The notes under the pieces are model-generated. The model was not told where the DNA came from. It did no database searches and saw nothing but the letters and a program-made list of their open reading frames with translations. Both the position numbers and the translations under genes were made by a program. Below, one piece after another: positions 24,701 to 39,700 of a stretch of 64,000 nucleotides of DNA; the stretch's first letter is position 1, and the number at the start of each line of letters is the position of its first letter. This stretch comes from Callorhinchus milii. Taxonomy: Eukaryota. Location of the stretch: assembly GCF_018977255.1 (NCBI RefSeq), contig NW_024704742.1, forward strand, positions 57,724,001 to 57,788,000, written 5' to 3'.

Positions 24701-27700
24701 TGTTCTCTAGAGGAGACTCACTTTCCATGAAACCCACATCTCTTCTGCTCAATATGAATTGAGCCTTCATTTTGGGGGAGGGGCCACAGTCTGTGCCACA
24801 GGGGCCAGTGTAAAAGAAGCATAAATAACCTGTTTCATTGTATTTTCTATCTGATTAGTTGGCTTCAACTCAGGTTTTAATCAAACTTCTTAATGGAAAT
24901 ACCATGTAATGCAAATAAAATTTATAAAACAGTTGGATGAAGCTTCAAAATCACCCTTACCAAGATAAGCAAAGTATGGGGCGATCATGCTGCCAATCCT
25001 GGATGCCATGGAGCAGGCTCCAAGTCCCATGTTTCTCACCACAGTTGGATAGAGCTCAGCTGAATAAATATAGATTATAGTGAAGGCAGCTGTAACCCCA
25101 GATTTGCCAATCATCACAAATATTATGGTCATAATACGAAGAGCTGTGAAATCAAGATTAAAAATGTAATCTGTAATGACAAATGATTATTTGTATTATC
25201 AAAATTATTTGTATTTATGTACCGTTACATACTGTTTTGTATATGACTGAAATTCCAGAAATAAAAAATACTGCCCTGAGTTTTCCCCAGTTAAGCTTAT
25301 TGTAAATCTACAATACAACAATACAAATTTACAATACAAATGTGCATTTATATATTGCCTTTCACATCTATGTCCCTCTCCACAGCACTATTTGGTACTT
25401 TGAATCATTCAACTATCAAGGTTCTTGAGAAGCAAAACATTTAATCCTGATTTTGTAGCCATGTTAAGATCAGTCACTGTGTACAATCCCAGTTAGGTTA
25501 TTTCTATCTCTGGGGATCTCAATATACCAGGTCAGCTTCCAATAAGGCAAGTGATTTATTTGAGAATAATTTTTCACCAGTAAACAGCACATGCACCAAT
25601 GAATAAAAATAAAATTAGTAGAGGGTATATACAGAACATTATTTAACAATTTATGTTAGCTTTTCTCCTTCCCTGAGGTTGCCAGCAACAAGAGGTGCTG
25701 TTAGAATTTGGGGTTGGCGATGGAATTGAGGAACTATAATAATAATAATCTTTGCATTTCATATAGCATCTTATCATTTTGCTGAGACGTCTCAATGCAC
25801 TTCAAGAATATATTGTAAAGTGGATTGACTGTGCAGTTTGTGTGCCAATTTTCCTGTGAGCATCCCCGATGGGTCTTGGACCTTTTCCGATTTTTCCTAT
25901 CTTTGCATCTAGGTCAATATTGCAACCCAACTTTTCTTTTAAAAAAACATGATTTAATAAAGTTGAATTCATCTTTCTGTGGGAAAATGCTATGGGCAGA
26001 TTCCAGTTGCACAATTAAGCTGGGCTGAAATTTAAATAATAATAATTCTTTCATTTGATATAGCACCTTATCACATCAAGATGTCTCACAAAGTGCTTCA
26101 CAAGACCTTCTATAACGAGTAGTGACTCTGTACTCACATCTAGGCTTGACTATGTCACCTCTGTTCACCGGACTTTCCATCTCTTCCCTCCACAAGCTGC
26201 AGATCATTCAGAACTCTGCAGCTTGTGTCCTCTCCTGCACTAGGCTCCACAAACCTATTATTCATATCCTTACCCAACTCCACTTATTCCCCAACCCCCA
26301 GCGGATCAAGTTCAAGATCCTCATCCTCACTTTTCAAGACCTCAATGATATTGCCCCATCCCTACCTCTGTGACCTTCAAAACCTACTAACCTACCCATT
26401 CCTTCTGTTAGGTGGCACTGGCCTGCTTCTCTCCATACCTGCTCCACTTTTCCCCAGTTGGCTCTTCAACCTTTCTTTTTTTTTGGATTAATAATAATCC
26501 CTCCAAAACAAAACAATAATAAATTGGTCATATTCAATCCATGACTGTTTGTGGGACACTGCTGTGCGCAATTGGCTGCCGCCTTTCACCCACAAATATA
26601 CAGTCAATTCACTTTACAGCATATTCTGTGAAGCTCTTTGAGACGTCTAGAAGACGTGAAAAGTGCTATATCAAATGCAAGGATTATTATCATTATTTCT
26701 GCCTCCACCGTCTGGAACTCCATCCCGGAGCCCCTTTGCCTCGCTCCTTCCCTCACCTCTTTAATGCCTGTCTCAAGGGCTTCTTCTTTGGCCACGCATT
26801 CATTCATCTTCCCACCCCCACACCTCTTGACTCCAACCCCCAGGTCAGGTGCAAACCCTTGATTATACAGCGCCTTGGGATGTCCTGCTGATGTGAAAGG
26901 CACTCTACAAATGCAATTTGTTGTGTATTTATAGGAAATCACAGCAGCCAATTTGCAGACAGCAATGTTCCACAAGCATGCATTGAAGTAAATGACCAAT
27001 TTTATCTGCGGGATTGTTGGTCAGGACACCGAGTGTAACCCTTGTCTTTTTTTTAATAGTGCCGCATGATTGCTGTCGTCCACCTGAACAAACAAACAGG
27101 AAATCGGATTGACATCTCATCTGATGGACAGCATCTCTGACAATGCAGCTTGCCCGCAATGTTTCAGTTTTCTTATGAAAATTGTTAAAGGAACCTGAAT
27201 AACTTTAATATTGAAGCATACTTTTTTAAAAACTCTTACTTTTAGGAACACATTGGACCAAAAGTAGAACACTACCACTAAGAAAGAGCATGGAAGCTGT
27301 GACAATCCGCCGAGGTGTTGTGTGCATAAACCACCAGCACATCACGTAGACCACAATTTCAGTGGCTGCACTGATAAAGCAATTGATGTAGGGGTCTCCA
27401 TGTAAATTAGCCATGTTGAAAGATAACCCATAATAACCAATGGTTATAATCATCCTGCAAAAAAAAAATACTATTGTTCAAAACTCTTAACATTCAGTAA
27501 AATAAAATCACTTGTAGAAAAGGCAAGCAATTTAAAGACATTTTTTAATTACTTTTAGTTGGTGTTAATTTCAAACATACTTTAAAATGTCATTATAAAA
27601 AATATACTAATGAAAGGAAGAAACACAAACGAGAATCTCGGTGGTAAGGAGAATGTTTACCAATGCTTTCATCCTGATGTTACTATACTGGTAGAGAGAC

Positions 27701-30700
27701 TTAATGGCAATGATAGAGCTTAGTATTCAAGTTCAGCTCAAATTTCCAACAGACTCCTCTATAGTTCATACTCATGAAGTTAAGTTAAAGTTTGTAAGTT
27801 ATATCGCTATCTCACCTCCAACACAACCAAAACCCTCAACTATACTGTGTTACTTCCTGATTCAAATCCTCCAATAGCCTGCTTGTCAGTCTCTAACCAG
27901 ATCCACTGATTCCCTATCCTACTGTGATCAATTAAGATTCTCAATCTCATCATCAAATGCCTCCATGGCCTTGCCACACCCTCTCTCCGGTAATTTTTGC
28001 AAAACCACTCTGCACACCCCTTGCACTTCACCAACTTTGGCCCACTCCATCCCACCACATTGGCTAATGTAGGATTGAAATCTGAAAATCTTGCATTTCA
28101 CGTACAATAATGTCTCAGTGGGCTGTATAGTAGCAGGGTTGGATGCTGAACAAGGGAGAATAGGGTTGACCATAGACATGATCAAAGAGGTTGCTGTTTA
28201 GCAGCATTTAAAGATAGATAAAGAGCAACAAGGAAGAGGGATTGAGGCTTGGAGTTCCAGAGAGTAAGGGAATAGTGGCTGAAGGCTCGGACAACCGTTG
28301 GTGGCATGGAGAGACAGAGACGTGCAGCAGGTTTGTATTAGCTGAGCGAAGGAGGCAGGCTGAGGAGTGGAGTACAAGCAGGTCAGAGAGATCGTGAGGT
28401 ATTGGGGCATAAAGCAATTTGTATGTGAAGGTGAGGATCTGACGATGATCTGTTCAGAGTCTGGGAAGCCTAGCGAGGATTGGATTGATGAGTGTGCAGT
28501 TGAAGATAATAAATAAGTTTCTTTTATTATCAACTGCACCTTGTGGGTGGTGGACAATAACAACAATAACATTACATTTGTCTAGAGCCCTTCACGTCGG
28601 GAGGACATCCCAAAGTCCTGTGACAGCCAGTGTTTCAGATCCGAGTTGGGGTTCAGGATTGGGGAGAGTGGAGGGTGAGGAAGAAGGAGGGTGATCAAAA
28701 TCACGGTCGGAAAGAATGGTCTTGAGATGGTTCTTGAAGGAGGCAAGGGAGGGGGCGAAGTGAAGGGACAGCAGGATGGAGTTCAATAGAGTGGGGGCGG
28801 AGTGGCTGAAGGCTCACCTGCCAATGGTGGGGCGAGTGAGATGGGGGACGTGAAGCAGGGGAGGATTGGGGTGATAGGCTCACGGAACCTGGTGTGGAAG
28901 AGGACATGGGCTGCAGATTTCTGGATAATCTGCAGCCTATGGGGGGAGGAGCTGGGGAAGCCGACAAGTAGGGAGTTTGCAAAGTTAAGCCTGGATGTTA
29001 TGAATGTATGTATGAGGGTTTTGGCCTCCTGCGGTATGAGACAGTAATGGAGCCGGGTGATGTTGTGGAGGTGGGGGAAGGCAGAGCAGGTTATGACATG
29101 GATTTGGGGTAGAAAGGATAGTTGAGGGTCAGACAAGATGCCCAAGGTTCCGGACTGGCTTAGTAAGGTGTGGAGTTGCTAACAGGAACCAATCAGGAGG
29201 GTCTCCCTGGTCCTGTTCATTGAGAACTGCTGCCGTGACATCGGCCGTGTCCATTTCTCCACTCCCCTCTCCCACTCAAATCTTTCTCCTTCTGAACGTG
29301 CTGCACTCCACTCTCTCAGGACTAATCCTGACATCATTGACAAACCCGCTAACAAGGAAGACACTTTCGTCATCTGGCGAAAGGACCTCTACCTGGCAGA
29401 GGCTGAACACCAACTCTCTTGACAACTCCTCCTACCTCCCCCTGGACGATGATCCAACAACTGAACACCAAGCCATCATCACCGAGACAGTCAATGATCT
29501 CATCTCCTCTGGGGAGCTTCCTCCCACCCTCCAACCTCATAGCCCCACAACCCTGCATGGACAATCTCTACCTCCTCCCCAAGATCCACAAACGGGGGGA
29601 CCTATTGGGTCAACCTGTTCCTGCCCCACCAAACTGATCCTCCTCATATCTGGACTCCATTTTTGCTCCTCTTGTCCGGGTCCTACCAACCTACATCCAT
29701 GACTCTTCTGACGCCCTCCACCACTTCAACAATTTCCAGTTCCCTGGCCCTGACCGTCTTCTATTTACAATGACCGTTCAATTCCTCTACACCTTCATCC
29801 CCCACAAGCAAAACCTGCAGGCCCTCCACTTCAACCTCGAACAGTGGCCCAACCAGTCTCCATCCACCACTACCCTCCTCCACCTGGCTGAATTTGACAT
29901 TCACCTTCAACCACTTCCTACAAGTAAAAGGTGTCACTATAGGAACCCACAGGGGTCCCAGCTACACCTTCTTGTTTATTGGCCACCTGGAACACTCTTT
30001 GTTCTGGGCCTACTCAGGTCCGCTCCCTGACCTGTTCCTCAGATACATTGACAACTGTGTTGGGGCTGCTTCCTGCTCTCGCAGTGAGCTGGAAAAATTC
30101 ACCAATTTCGCTTTCACCTTCCACCCCTCCATAACATTCACATGCTCTGACTCTTCCCTTCCCTTCCTTGAGTTCACCATTTCCATCTCGGGGCACAGAT
30201 TATCTTCAGATATCTTTTACAAGCCCTCCAACTCCCACAGTTACCTGGACTACACCTTCTCTAACCCCGCCTCCTGTAAAGACTCCATTCCCTTTTCCCA
30301 GTTCCTCTGCCTCTGCCACATCTGCTGACGAGGCCACCTTTCACACCAGAGTAACTGAAATGTCCTCCTTTTTCCTCGACCGTGGATTCCCATCCACTGT
30401 AGTAGGCAGGGCCCTTGATGGTTTCTGTCCTATTTCCCGCATCTCTGCTCTCATCCCTTTCCCGTTTCTGCCCTATTTCCCGCATTTCTGCCCTCATGGC
30501 TTCCCCCTCTTCCCAGAACTGTGTTGCAGTCCCCTTAGTTCTCACTTTCCACCCACCAGCCTCAACATCCAACAAATAATTCTCTGCCATTTCCGGCACC
30601 TCCAGCATGATCCAACCACCAAACATATCTTTCCCTCCCCTCCCATCTCAGCATTCTGAAGGGACTATTCCCTCCGTGACTCCCTGGTTCATTCCTTCAT

Positions 30701-33700
30701 CGCAACCAACAATTCCTCTCCTCCCCCCAGCACCTTCCCATGCCAGCTCAGGAAATGCAATATCTGTCCTTTCACCTCCTCCCATACCACCATCCAAGGC
30801 CTCAAACACAGTTATCAAGTAAGACAGCGATTTCCGTGTACTACCACCAAAGTATTTTACTGCATTCGCTGCTCACAATTTGGTCTCCTCTACACTGGGG
30901 AGACCAAATACAGATTGGGTGATCGATTTGCCGAACACCTCTGTTCTGTCCGGAAGCACAACCCTGAACTTCCGGTTTCTTGCCACTTCAACTTTCCCTC
31001 CCACTCGCACTCTGACCTCTACATCCATGGTCTCCTACGTTGTTCCAATGAGCCACAGTGCAAACTTGAGGAACAGCACCTCATTTATCTGCTTGGTACC
31101 GTACAGCCCTCTGGACTCGATATTGATTTCAATAATTTCAGACCATAACACCACACATTCTCCCTCCCCCTCTTCTGTGACCATTACCACATCATCTGGG
31201 TCCCAGGCACACCTTTTCTCTCTCTGGTCTGCCTGAATCAACGTGCGTAAAACTGAGGCCCTCCTGATTGGCTCACGTCAGTGCCTCTGCACCTCTGGCG
31301 CTGACAGCATCAGCATCCAAGGCTGCACTCTCCACCTCTCAAAGCCGTCAGGAACCTCAGTGTTGTGTTCGACCCTGAGCTGTCCTTTCTCCCTCATATC
31401 CGCACCACAACGGGCACCGCCTTCCATCACCTCCAGAACATCGCCAGACTACGGCACTACCTCACCCCTCACGCTGCTGAAACTCTGGTCCACGCCTTTA
31501 TCACCTCAAGGCTGGACTATGGGAACTCTCTCCTCGTCGGCCTTCCCGGCACCTCCCTCCACAATGCAGGTCATTCAGAACTCTGCAGCTTGTGTACTGT
31601 CCCGCACCAGGCTTCGGGACCACATCACTCCCACCCTCGCTCGCCTCCACTGGCTCCCCATCCCCCAGAGGATCGAATTCAAGATCCTCATCCTCACCTA
31701 CAAGGCCATTCACGGCCTTGCTCCCTCCTACCTCTCCGACCTACTATCCCCCTACATACCTGTCCATACCCTCCGTTCCTCTGGCTCCGGTCTGCTCCAC
31801 ATCCCCCGCCCCAACCGCCCTACCATTGGTGGCCGGGCCTTCAGCCTCTCAGCCCCGAGGCTCTGGAACTCTATCCCCAGTGCCTTCGCTTTGCTTCTTC
31901 CCTTTCCTCCTTCAATGCCGGTCTCAAGACCTTTCTCTTTGACCGTGCCTTCAGCTCCCCTCTCGACTCTCTACCCCCTCCTCGCTCCCTCCCTTCCCTC
32001 CCCTCACCCTGACCATTTACCCCCTGCTCGGGTCCTGACCCAACTGTACAGCACCTTGGGACGTCCCCCCGACGTGAAAGGCGCTCTATAAATAGAATCT
32101 TGTTGTTGTTGTTCTTGTATTGTTGCAGTTCCCTCCAACCTCCTTTGTTTTGCATTATTAACTCCTCTTTTCCCGTTTTGTTGCAATCCCCCTCTTTGTT
32201 TTGCATCATTAACAGTTCTTGAAATCATCATCCCATGTCCTTTACCCCATTTTCTCTTTTGTCTTCCTTGCACTGCCTCCCCCTTCTCTATTAGTCCTTA
32301 AAAGCCTCTCCCTCCCAACATGCCCCAGTTCTGACAAAGGGTCGTGGACCCGAGACATTGACTCACTTTTCTTTCTCCATAGATGCTGCCTGACCTGCTG
32401 AATGTTCCCAGCGACTTCTGTTTTTGTTTCAGGGGACAGAACCAGAAAGATTGTTGTGGGAGGAGAGGGGGTGGATGAGGATAGAGTTGTCAACAGTATA
32501 GAAGGCAGCAGAGTGGTCAAGGAGGATGAGGAGGCAGAGGGAGCCCTGATCACAGATGGACAGAATGTCATTTGTCCAGCGAGGAGTGCATTTGAGAAAT
32601 CGAGGCATGTGGGGCAATGTGGCAGAGGTGGAGGAAAGCAATCCTGGTCAGGGACTAAGTGTAAATAGGAAGGACAGCTGAGGATTGAATGGATTCTGAG
32701 GTTGTGCACTCTTTGGCTATGTTTGGCTATAGGTCAGGGAGGTTGGAGGTCAGAGGCAGAAATGAGGAGCCGAAGAAGAAGGCTTCTGTCTTCTCCATGT
32801 TAAGCTACAGAAAGTTGGTACTCATCCAGGCCTTGATGTCTGACAGGCTGTGCATCGCTTTTCAGGATTGATTTGTTTAACTCTGGATCATACACAGATT
32901 ACGTTTTTAATGTTGCTCAAAAAATTGCACTAAACAATAGGAAGATGCGTGAAATAGTTTGGGAGTTCTTTGTGCCTAAGTTGCGACTCACCATAATAAA
33001 AAAGATATCACGGTGATGTTCCTTATGTTGTTCGTTCTAATCAAATCCAAGTAATTGTGCATATCCGTATGTCTAGTTGCAAGATTCTGGAGTTAAAAAT
33101 TAAACAGAAACCAATTCAATGCCAAAATGACAACAATGTACATAATTAGATAGAATGTACAACACAGAAGCAGCCATTCAGCCCAACTAGTCCAAGCTGG
33201 TGCATATATTCCACCCACACCTCACCCTACTAATCCCTCCTCCCTCATGAGTACATCTAGAGTAGAACAAAACAACAACAAAATTACATTTATATAGTGC
33301 TTTGCACGTCGGGAGTACGTCCCAAGGTCTTGGACCAACAGAGTTTCAAACCCAAGCTGGGAGTCGGGGTGGGTGGAGGGCAGGGGGGAAGCAGGGTGAT
33401 CGAAGGCAAAGTTGAAAAGGAGGGTCTTGAGATGGGTCTTGAAGGTGGCAAAGGAGGGGGCGAGGGGAGGGACTGTGGGATGGAGTTCCAGAGGGTGGGG
33501 GCAGAGTGACTGAAGGCTAGCCTGCCAATAGTGGGTCGAGAGAGGTGGGTGATATGAAACAGGCTGGAGTCCGCTGAACGGAGGAAGTGAGCAGGATGGT
33601 AGGGGGTTAGGATGTCGCAGTAGGGGGGGAGCAAGACTATGGAGGGCTTTGAAGGTGACGACCAAGACCTTGAACTGTATTCTCTGTGTGATGGAAAGTC

Positions 33701-36700
33701 AGTGGAGTCGGGCAAGGATTGGGGTGATAGGGTCGCAGAGCCTAGTGTGGGAGAGGATGCGGGCTGCAGAGTTCTGGATGATCTGCAGCCTGTGGAGGGA
33801 GGAGTTGGGGAGACCGACAAGCAATGAGTTTGCATGTTCAAGCCTCGATGTAATGAATGCATGTATGAGGGTTTCGGCAGCCCTGCGATGTGAGACAGTG
33901 GCGGAGCCAAGCGATGTGCGGAGGTGGGGGTTGGCAGAGTGGATCATAGTGCACATGTGGGGTAAAAAGGATAGTTATGGGTCAAACAAGTCGCCAACGC
34001 TCCTCACTGACATAGCAAGGTGGAGTGTGCAACCATGGATGTTGATGCTGTCAGCGCTTGACGTGAGGAGGCGCTAATGGGAGCCAATCAGGGGAGACAC
34101 GGTCTTGTTGACATTCAACTGAAGAAAATTTGTTCTCATTCAGGACTTGAATTCCGACAGACATTCTGTCAGTCCTTGAGTCAAAGGTGGAGGCAGAGAG
34201 GTACAGTTGGGTGTCATCTGCATCCATGTGGAAGTTGACCCCATGTCTGCAGATGATGTCACCAAGAGGGAGCATATAGATATTGAACAGGAAGGAACCA
34301 AGGACAGAGCCCTGAGGAACACTGCACGAGACGGTGCGAGGGCTAGAGGAGAAATTGTTTGTGGAGATGAAGTGGAGGCGGTGTGAGAGGTACGATCTGA
34401 ACCAGTCAAGGACAGAGCAGTGAAGATTGAGGTGAGAGGAGAGGCGTGGATGAAGATAGAGTGCTCGATGGTGTCAAAGGCAGCAGAGAGGTCAAGGAGG
34501 ACGTGGAGACAGAGGGAGCCATGGCTGCAGATGAGCAGAATGTCATTTGCCACTTTGACCAAAGCTGTTTCTGTGCTGTGGGCAGAGGGGTTGGTGAAAG
34601 GAATGGCGGGAGAGAAAGGAGCGAAGCTAAGAAGCAACAATTCGTTCCAAGTTCTTGGAGAGGAAAGGGGTTGAATGTGGGTCGGTAGTTTGGGAGTAAA
34701 GATGGGTCCAGGGAGGGTTTTTTAAGAATGGGAGTGATAACAGCGTTTTTTAATGGGTTGGAACAGTGCCAGAGGACTTAAAGTTTGAGCCTTTATTTGT
34801 GCAAAGCCCAACTGACAGTCAGAGAGTAATTATATTTGTATAAATATCAGAAAAACTGAACTTTCTCCCCCCCCAATTCTATTACAATTGAGGCTAAAAT
34901 TTGTGACAAGTTATCAACCTCAGTCCAAACTATTCCCCTTCCACTTCATCAACCTCTTTATATGTCAGATTCTTCTGCTATTTCCACAATTGTATCAATT
35001 TAGTTCCATGTACTCAATATTTAATCGCACTGAATGGAAGGGTCCTTCTCCACTCCCTCCCCCACCCACCGACTCTAATCTCAAAGGTGAGATTAAGCCC
35101 AGCAAATAGCTTGGCAGCTTTCAGAGTTCCGTTTGGGGAATATTTGCTTGTTACTAAACAGGAGAAAATGTTTTCCACAAATTGGTTCTCAAAACTGAGT
35201 GCAGGAATGCAGAGGATGACAGGAGCACATGGATAGGTTAGTGCATACCTTTGACACCATGGATCACTCAATCCTCCTCCACCTCCTCTCCTCCCACCTC
35301 TAACTTACAGGTTCTGTCCTTGACTGGTTCAGATCCTACCTTTCACACCGTCTCCACTTCGTTTCAGCTAACGGCTTCTCCTCCAGCCCCCGCACCGTCT
35401 CCTGCAGTGTTCCTCAGGGCTTTGTCCTCAGTTCCCTCCTCTTCACCTCCCCTTACATGCTCACCCTTGATAACATCATCCGCAGACATGGGGTAAATTT
35501 CCACATGTATACGGATGACACCCAACTCTACCTCTCTGCCTCCATCCTGAACTCCAGGACTACTAGCATCCTGACTGACTGACTGCCTCTCCGACAGCAA
35601 GTCCTGGACAAGGGCCAACTTTCTCCAACTCAACATCAGCAAGACTGAGACCCTCCTGATTGGCTTGCTCCAGCGCCTCTGCACCTCAGGCGCTGGAAGC
35701 ATCAGCCTCCACGGCTGTACACTCAACCTCACTAAGCCAGTCAGGAACCTGGGTATCTTGTTTGACCCTGAACTGTCCTTTCTCCCTCACATTCGCGCCA
35801 TGACCGGCACTGCCTACCACCACCTCCTCAACATTGCCAGACTCCGCCACTGCCTCACCCCTCAGGCTGCCTAAACCCTCACCCACGCATTCGTCACATC
35901 AAGGCTTGATTACGGGAACTCCCTCCTCATCGGCCTTCCCAACTCTTCCCTTCACGAGCTGTAGATCGTGTACTCTCACACACCAGGCTCCATGACCCCA
36001 TCACTTCCACCCTTGCCTGACTCCACTGGCTCCCCATCCCCCAGAGGATCGAGCCCAAGTTCCTCGTCCTCACCTTTAAGGCCATCCATGGCCTTATCCC
36101 CTCCTACCTCTCTGACCTGCTGACTCTCTACCAACCTGCCCACTCCCTTCGTTCAGCGGGCTCCGGCCTGCTCCATGTCTCCCGCCCGACCCGCCCTACC
36201 ATCGGTGGCCGGACTTTCAACCTCTCTGCCCCCACACTCTGGAACTTCATCCCACAGTCCCTTCACCTCGCTTCCTCCCTTGCTTCCTTCAAGGCTGGTC
36301 TCAAGACCCTTCTTTTCAATCGTGCCTTTGGTCTCTCTCCCACCTCTCTGCCTTCCCTCACCCTACACCACCCCTCCCCCATGCTCGGGCCCCGACACCT
36401 GACTGTTCAGCGCTTTGGGACCTCCTCCCAACGTGAAAGTCACTCTATTAATGTAATTTTGTTGTTGTTGTTATGATAGTATGTCACAGAGGCAGGGTGT
36501 AGCAAGACCATGCCAGGCTTTCAAGGTGAAAATGATTAATTACTCCGTGGGTTGCGCCATCATTATTCTCAAATCTCATCCCAGTGCATTTAATGTCATT
36601 TTGCTTAGCAGCAGCTTTCACTATCGCCTCCACTTCTTCCACTTGACCCTGGGAGAGCAGCCACCTGGGAGACTCGGGTATAAACCTGTAGTGAAAAATA

Positions 36701-39700
36701 CAACAAAGGAACTGTGTTTCACACTGTCTTTTTACCTGTGGAACTAAGTTGCAAACAAGCCCACATTGATGCGATGAAAATCTGTTTTATTTGCTGTAAG
36801 GGTTATTAGTTTAGGCATTCTCTGAATTGTGGAAGACACAAGTATAGAGTGATACAGGACATTTGGCCCAACTTGCCGTGTTGATGTTTATACTTCAGAA
36901 AGTCCCTGTCTCTCCTATTTCTTTCATCTATACTTCTCTGTTCCCTTCTCCCTCATCTAAGTATCAAGTTTTCTCTTAAATACATTGATATTATTTTCTT
37001 CAACCAGAGCTTCAACAACGAGTTCCACATTGACACTAACACTGATGTTCAATTTTGTAACAAACAACAACAAAATTATATCAGCATCTTTCACATCGGG
37101 AGGACATCCCAAGGGGCTGAAATGCTGGAGAGATCAGGTCCGAGTGTGGGAGGCAGGATCCGAGCATGGGTGGCAGGGTTGGGATGAGGGAGGGCAGAGA
37201 TGCAGGAGGGCAGCTGAAAGCATGGTCATAAAGCAGGATCTTGAGTCGTATCTTGAAGGAGGCAAGAGAGGGAGCAAGGCAAAGGGATTGTGTGATGGAG
37301 TTCCAGAGAATAGGGGCAGAGATGCTGAAAGCCCAGCCGCAGATGGTAGGGTGGATCAGGCGGGAGACATGGAGCAGGCCGGAGCCTGCTGAGCGGAGGG
37401 AGCAGACAGGATGATAGGGGGTCAACCAGTCAGAGAGATAGGAAGGGGCAAGGCCGTGGAGAGCCTTGAAAATGAGGACAAGGATTTTGAATTCCATCCT
37501 CTGAGGGATGGGGAGCCAGTGGAGCCAGGTGAGGGTGGGGATGATGGGGTCACGGAGCCTGGTGCAGGAGAGCACATGAGCTGCAGAGTTCTGGATGATC
37601 TGTAGCTTGTGGAGGGAAGAGTTGGGGAAGCCGACAACGAGGGAGTTTCCTCGAGCCTTGAGGTGACGAATGCATTCCTGAGGGTTGAGGCTGTGGTAGA
37701 ATTGGGCAATGATGTGGAGGTGCGGGAAGGCATAGCGGCTCATGCCACTGTATAAATCATTGGTTAAACCATATTTAGATTACTGTGTACAGTTCTGGTC
37801 GCCACAGTACAAAAAGCATATTGGAGAAATCAAGAAGATTCAGAGGAGGGCAACCAAAATGATTAAGGGAATGGAAGGACTGGACTATGAGGAGCAACTA
37901 AGTAAATTGGCCATGTTCACATTGGAAAAGAGAAGATTGAGAGACATGATTGCAGTCTTCTTGAACTCCATCTCGCAGACCTTCCGCCTTGCCCCTTCCC
38001 TTCAAGACCCATCTCAAGATCCTCCTCTTCGACCGTGCTTTTGATCACGCTGCTTCCCCCCCTACCCTCCACCTCCCTAATCCCGACCCCCAGCTAGGGA
38101 CTGAAACTGTGTCAGTCCAGCACCTTGGTACGTCCTCCTGACATGAAAGGCACTATACAAATGTAATTTTGTTGTTGAAGATTCTAAAGGGGCTAGACTA
38201 TATAGCTAATGACAGACTGTTTCAACTTGTCCAGAATAGCAAAACCAGAGGACATAGCCTGCGATTGAAGGAGGGTAAATTCAGAACAAAACAAATCTAT
38301 GCAAAGACTATTTCAGTGAGCGAATAGTGAACCTGTGGAACAGGCTCCTTAGTGAGATGGTTGAAGCAGGAAGTGTTGATTCCTTCAAATAAAGATTATA
38401 TAGTTTTCTTTTAGGAAATAACATCATGGGATATAGTACATAGGTAGTTTGGGACATATGTGCATGCGACCACCAGGAAGGTGGAAGGCAACCTGGATGG
38501 ATCTTTTTTCTCGTCTAGCAATTCTTATGTTCTTTAATAATCATATTATTAATAATAATAATCCTTGCATTTGGTACAGCGCCTTTCATGTCAGGAAGAT
38601 ATCTCAGAGCGCTTCATAGAATTTAATGTGAAATGGAGTATATAGTGACTGTATTTGTAGGCAAGCATGGCAGCCCAGTTGCGCACAGCAATACCCCAAG
38701 TGAATGACCAATTTTATTTGGGGGAATGTTGGCTGGTACTATTCTGAGTAGTGTCACAGGATCTTTATCATCAACCTGAACAGGAAGACAGGACTTTGGC
38801 TTAATGTTTCATCTACAATGCGGAAAAATTTAGGTAAATGGGAGGGGGGTGCGCGCTGGAATGAACTGGCTCCAATGAGACATGTCTAATAGGCCAGCGA
38901 TAATCCTATTCCTTTGCAGAATAGAAGCAAAATGTGCCGGATGGTCATTGGTGGACAAGCACTGTGCTATGTAGTTACCAATGCATATTATGTATAAATC
39001 GTAATTTGCCACGTAATGTGGACAATTCATAGTTAGTTACTACAGCTATGTGTAATAATTGATTTTACCTTTTCTAAATAATAAGTGAATAATCAGAACA
39101 AAACTCACCACCAGAAAGGCAAAACAAGAATTTCTGGGACAGTCAAAGCTAGTAATAACATCTTCCAATCTGGGATAAGATATGCAAATAGGGACAGACA
39201 AATGTAGCCGATGGCATAGAATATGCCAACACCAATTGTTGAGTAAACAATCCTCGCAGACTTGATAAGCACCTCAGTACCTGTTGAAGCAATAAAAAAC
39301 ACTTGTCATTGAATGAAATCATTTACATATAATGAACCAATACAACAATAACAACCTTGCATATGATATAGTGCCTTATCACCTCTTCGAGAATATACTG
39401 TAAAGTGAATTGACTGTTTATATTAGTGGGTGAAACGTGGCAGCCAATAGCAACGTCCCACAAACATTTGTGAATTGAGTGTTTGTGGGACAATTTTTAA
39501 AAAAAAAGATTTTTATCCATCGAAAAGTAATCCACCAATCGACTAACAACCGGGTTACTAGTTACTGCTAGGTAACTAGAGGCGTGTGGAGTAAGAAAAC
39601 TTGCCTAAGGTTTCACCCTGCCCAGGAATCGAACCCAGGTCCTCTGACTTGCAAGGCAAGTGCTCTAACTAATACTACAGGACTCCAATACTCTACAGGA

